Made by a program: the position numbers and the translations under genes
Notes under the pieces: generated by a model
Databases searched by the model: none
What the model was told of the DNA's origin: nothing
The model's input: the letters and a program-made list of their open reading frames with translations, nothing else
Shown: in pieces, positions 61,055 through 64,000 of the stretch
Layout of the letters: each line of letters starts with the position of its first letter
Numbering within the stretch: position 1 is the stretch's first letter
Assembly (NCBI GenBank): GCA_030390025.1
Contig: CM059432.1
Span: 72,728,001 to 72,792,000 of the forward strand
Length of the DNA: 64,000 nt
Direction: 5' to 3'
Source: Squalus acanthias
Taxonomy: Eukaryota

Positions 61055-63000
61055 AGTCATAGAGTTATACAGCACAGAAAGAGGCCCTTCGGCCCATCGT
61101 GTCCGCGCCGGCCATCAAGCCCTGTCTATTCTAATCCCATTTTCCAGCACTTGGTCCATAGCCTTCTATGCTATGGCGTTTCAAGTGCTCCTCTAAATGC
61201 TTCTTGAATGTTGTGAGGGTTCCTGCCTCTACCACCCTTTCAGGCAGTGAGTTCCAGATTCCAACCACCGTCTGGGTGAAAAAGTTTTTCCTCAAATCCC
61301 CTCTAAACCTCCTGCCCCTTACCTTGAAACTATGTCCCCTGGTTATTGACCCCTCTACTAAGGGGAAAAGTTCCTTTCTATCTACCCTATCTATGCCCCT
61401 CATAATTTTGTACACCTCAATCAGATCCCCCCTCAGCCTTCTCTGCTCTAAGGAAAACAACCCCAACCTGTCCAGTCTCTCTTCATAGCTGAAGCGCTCC
61501 AGCCCAGGTAACATCCTGGTGAATCTCCTCTGCACCCTCTCCAATGCAATCACATCCCTCCTATAGTGTGGCGACCAGAACTGCACACAGTATTCCAGCT
61601 GTGGCCTAACGAGCGTTTTGTACAGCTCCATCATAACCTCCCTGCTCTTGTATTCTATGCCTCAGCTAATGAAGGCAAGTATCCCATATGCCTTTTTAAA
61701 CTCCTTATCTACCTGTCCTGCTGCCTTCAGGGATCTATGTACATGCACACCAAGGTCCCTCTGATCCTCTGTCCTTCCTAGGGTCCTACCATTCATTGTG
61801 TATTCCCTTGCCTTGTTAGTCCTCCCAAAATGCATCACCTCACACTTTTCAGGGTTAAATTCCATTTGCCACTGTTCTGCCCATCTAACCAACCCATCTA
61901 TTTACCACTCCACCAATTTTCGTGTCATCTGCAAACTTACTGATCATACCTCCTACATTCATATCTAAATCATTAATGTACACTACAAACAGCAAAGGAC
62001 CCAGCACCGATCCCTGCGGTACACCACTGGACACAGGCTTCCAGTCACAAAAACAACCTTCGACCATCACCCTCTGCCTCCTGCCACTAAGCCAATTTTG
62101 GATCCAATGTGCCAAATTGCCTTGGATCCCATGGGCTCTTACCTTCTTGACCAGTCTCCCATGCGGGACTTTGTCAAAAGCCTTACTGAAGTCCATGTAG
62201 ACTACATCAACTGCACTACACTCATCCACACACCTAGTCACCCCCTCGAAAAATTCAATCAAATTGGTTAGACATGATCTCCCCCTGACAAAGCCATGCT
62301 GACTATCCTTGATTAATCCTTGCCTCTCCAAGTGGAGACTAACTCTGTCCCTCAGAATTTTTTCCAATAATTTCCCTACCACTGATGTTAGGCTTACTGG
62401 CCTGTAATTCCCTGGTTTATCCCTACTACCCTTCTTGAATAATGGTACTACGTTAGCTGTTCTCCAGTCCTCTGGCACCTCCCCCGTGGCCAGAGAGGTT
62501 CTGAAAATTTGTGTCAGAGCCCCTGCAATCTCCTCCCTTGCCTCACACAGCAGCCTGGGATACATCTCGTCAGGGCCTGGGGATTTATCCACTTTTAAGC
62601 CCGCTAAAACTGCTAGTACCTCCTCCCTCTCAATACTAATTTGTTCAAGTATATCACAATCCCCCTGCCTGATTTCTATGCCTACATCATCCTTCTCCAT
62701 AGTGAACACAGATGCAAAATATTTATTTAAAACCTCATCCACATCTTCCGGCTCGACACACAGATTGCCACTTTGGTCCCTAATGGGCCCTACTCTTTCC
62801 CTGGTTATCCTCTTGCCCTTAATATACTTATAAAACACCTTGGGATTTTCCTTTATTTTGCCCGCCAGTGTTTTTTCATGCCCCCTCTTCGCTCTCCTAA
62901 TTTCTTTTTTAAGTACCCCCCTTCACTTTCTATACTCCTCTAGGGCTTCCACTGTTTTTAGTTCTTTGTATCTGCCAAAAGCCTCCCTTTTTTTCCTAAT
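61055..63000 (-). mobile_element. 5'-truncated CR1 LINE (RT)
   Basis: ORFs 61885..62838, 61662..61892, 61131..61634 with canonical CR1 RT motifs. Confidence 0.92.
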
Positions 63001-63298
63001 CCATTGGTCTTGACTGGTATTCTTGAAAACTAATTCCACAACCAACTATGATAGCTACCTATGTTAGAGAAATCTATCTGACCCGGAATGGTGTTGGTGT
63101 TTTATTTAGATTTGGACTGTGTCCAATTTCAAAAGCTGGGAATTTATTTGGAGCTACTATCATTATATTGCCAAAATTACCAATGATAAATCCCACAACA
63201 GAATTTGAACTTGTGACACTGAAACATCTTGGATATTGAGGCTTTATAAATTGGTTAATTCCAATGCAGAAAGGCTTTTTCATTTTTCTTTTTTAAAA

Positions 63299-64000
63299 TC
63301 ATAGAAAGTTACAGCATGGAAGGAGGCCATTTCGGCCCATCGTGTCTGCGCCGGCCAACAAAGAGCTATCCAGCCTAATCCCACTTCCCAGCTCTTGGTC
63401 CGTAGCCCTGCAGGTTAGAGCATCCCAAGTGCACATCCAAGTACTTTTTAAATGTGGTTAGGGTTCCTGCCTCTCCCATCCTTTCAGGCAATGAGTTCCA
63501 GACCCCCACAATCCTCTGGGTGAAGAAATTTCCCCTCAAATCCCCTCTGAACCTTCCCCCAATTACTTTAAATCTGTGCCCCCTGGTTTTTGACCCCTCT
63601 GCTAAGGGAAATAGGTCCTTTCCATCCACTTTATCTATGCCCCTCATAATTTTATACACCTCAATAAGGTCTCCCCTCAGCCTCCTCTGTTCCAAGGAAA
63701 ACAGACCCAGCCTACCCAGTCTTTCCTCATAGCTAAGATTCTCTACTCCCAGCAACATCCTTGTAAATCTCCTCTGTACCCTCTGTAGTGCAATCACATC
63801 TTTCCTGTAATGTGGTGACCAGAACTGCACGCAGTACTCTAGCTGAGGCCTAACTACTGTTTTATACAGTTGAAGCATAACCCCCCTGCTCTTGTATTCT
63901 ATGCCACAGCTAATAAAGGCAAGCATTCCGTATGCCTCCTTAACCTTATCTACCTGGCCTGCTACCTTCAGGGATCTGTGGACATGCATTCCAAGGTCCC
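63299..64000 (-). mobile_element. CR1 3' end running off the window
   Basis: ORF 63375..63989 with [19 protein letters not shown]. Confidence 0.9.

Overview
Eukaryotic, repeat-rich vertebrate DNA, most likely a shark or other cartilaginous fish. That call rests on an HE1-type V-SINE, SacSINE1-like DeuSINEs and abundant CR1/L2 LINEs. Two host genes lie tail-to-tail, as in human. One is the complete coding region of SDCBP (syntenin-1; 8 coding exons, + strand, 4513-29793, 295 aa). The other is the last coding exon and 3'UTR of NSMAF (- strand, 52892-52986). The ~20 kb between them is a stack of mobile elements: a TIR-complete DD32D Tigger/pogo transposon; a PIF/Harbinger element whose three-exon Myb/SANT gene is split by a full-length CR1 LINE; a second CR1 carrying a full HE1 SINE; and Penelope-like remnants with hammerhead-ribozyme motifs. 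Not visible in the ORF track: a decayed, duplicated copy of TPP2 exon 1 (including the catalytic-Asp motif) interrupted by a 26-bp minisatellite, and very short TSD-flanked Penelope-terminus insertions, one of which carries an intact minimal hammerhead. All family assignments come from my recognition of sequence motifs; no database search was run. I see no prokaryote-type system (CRISPR, operon).
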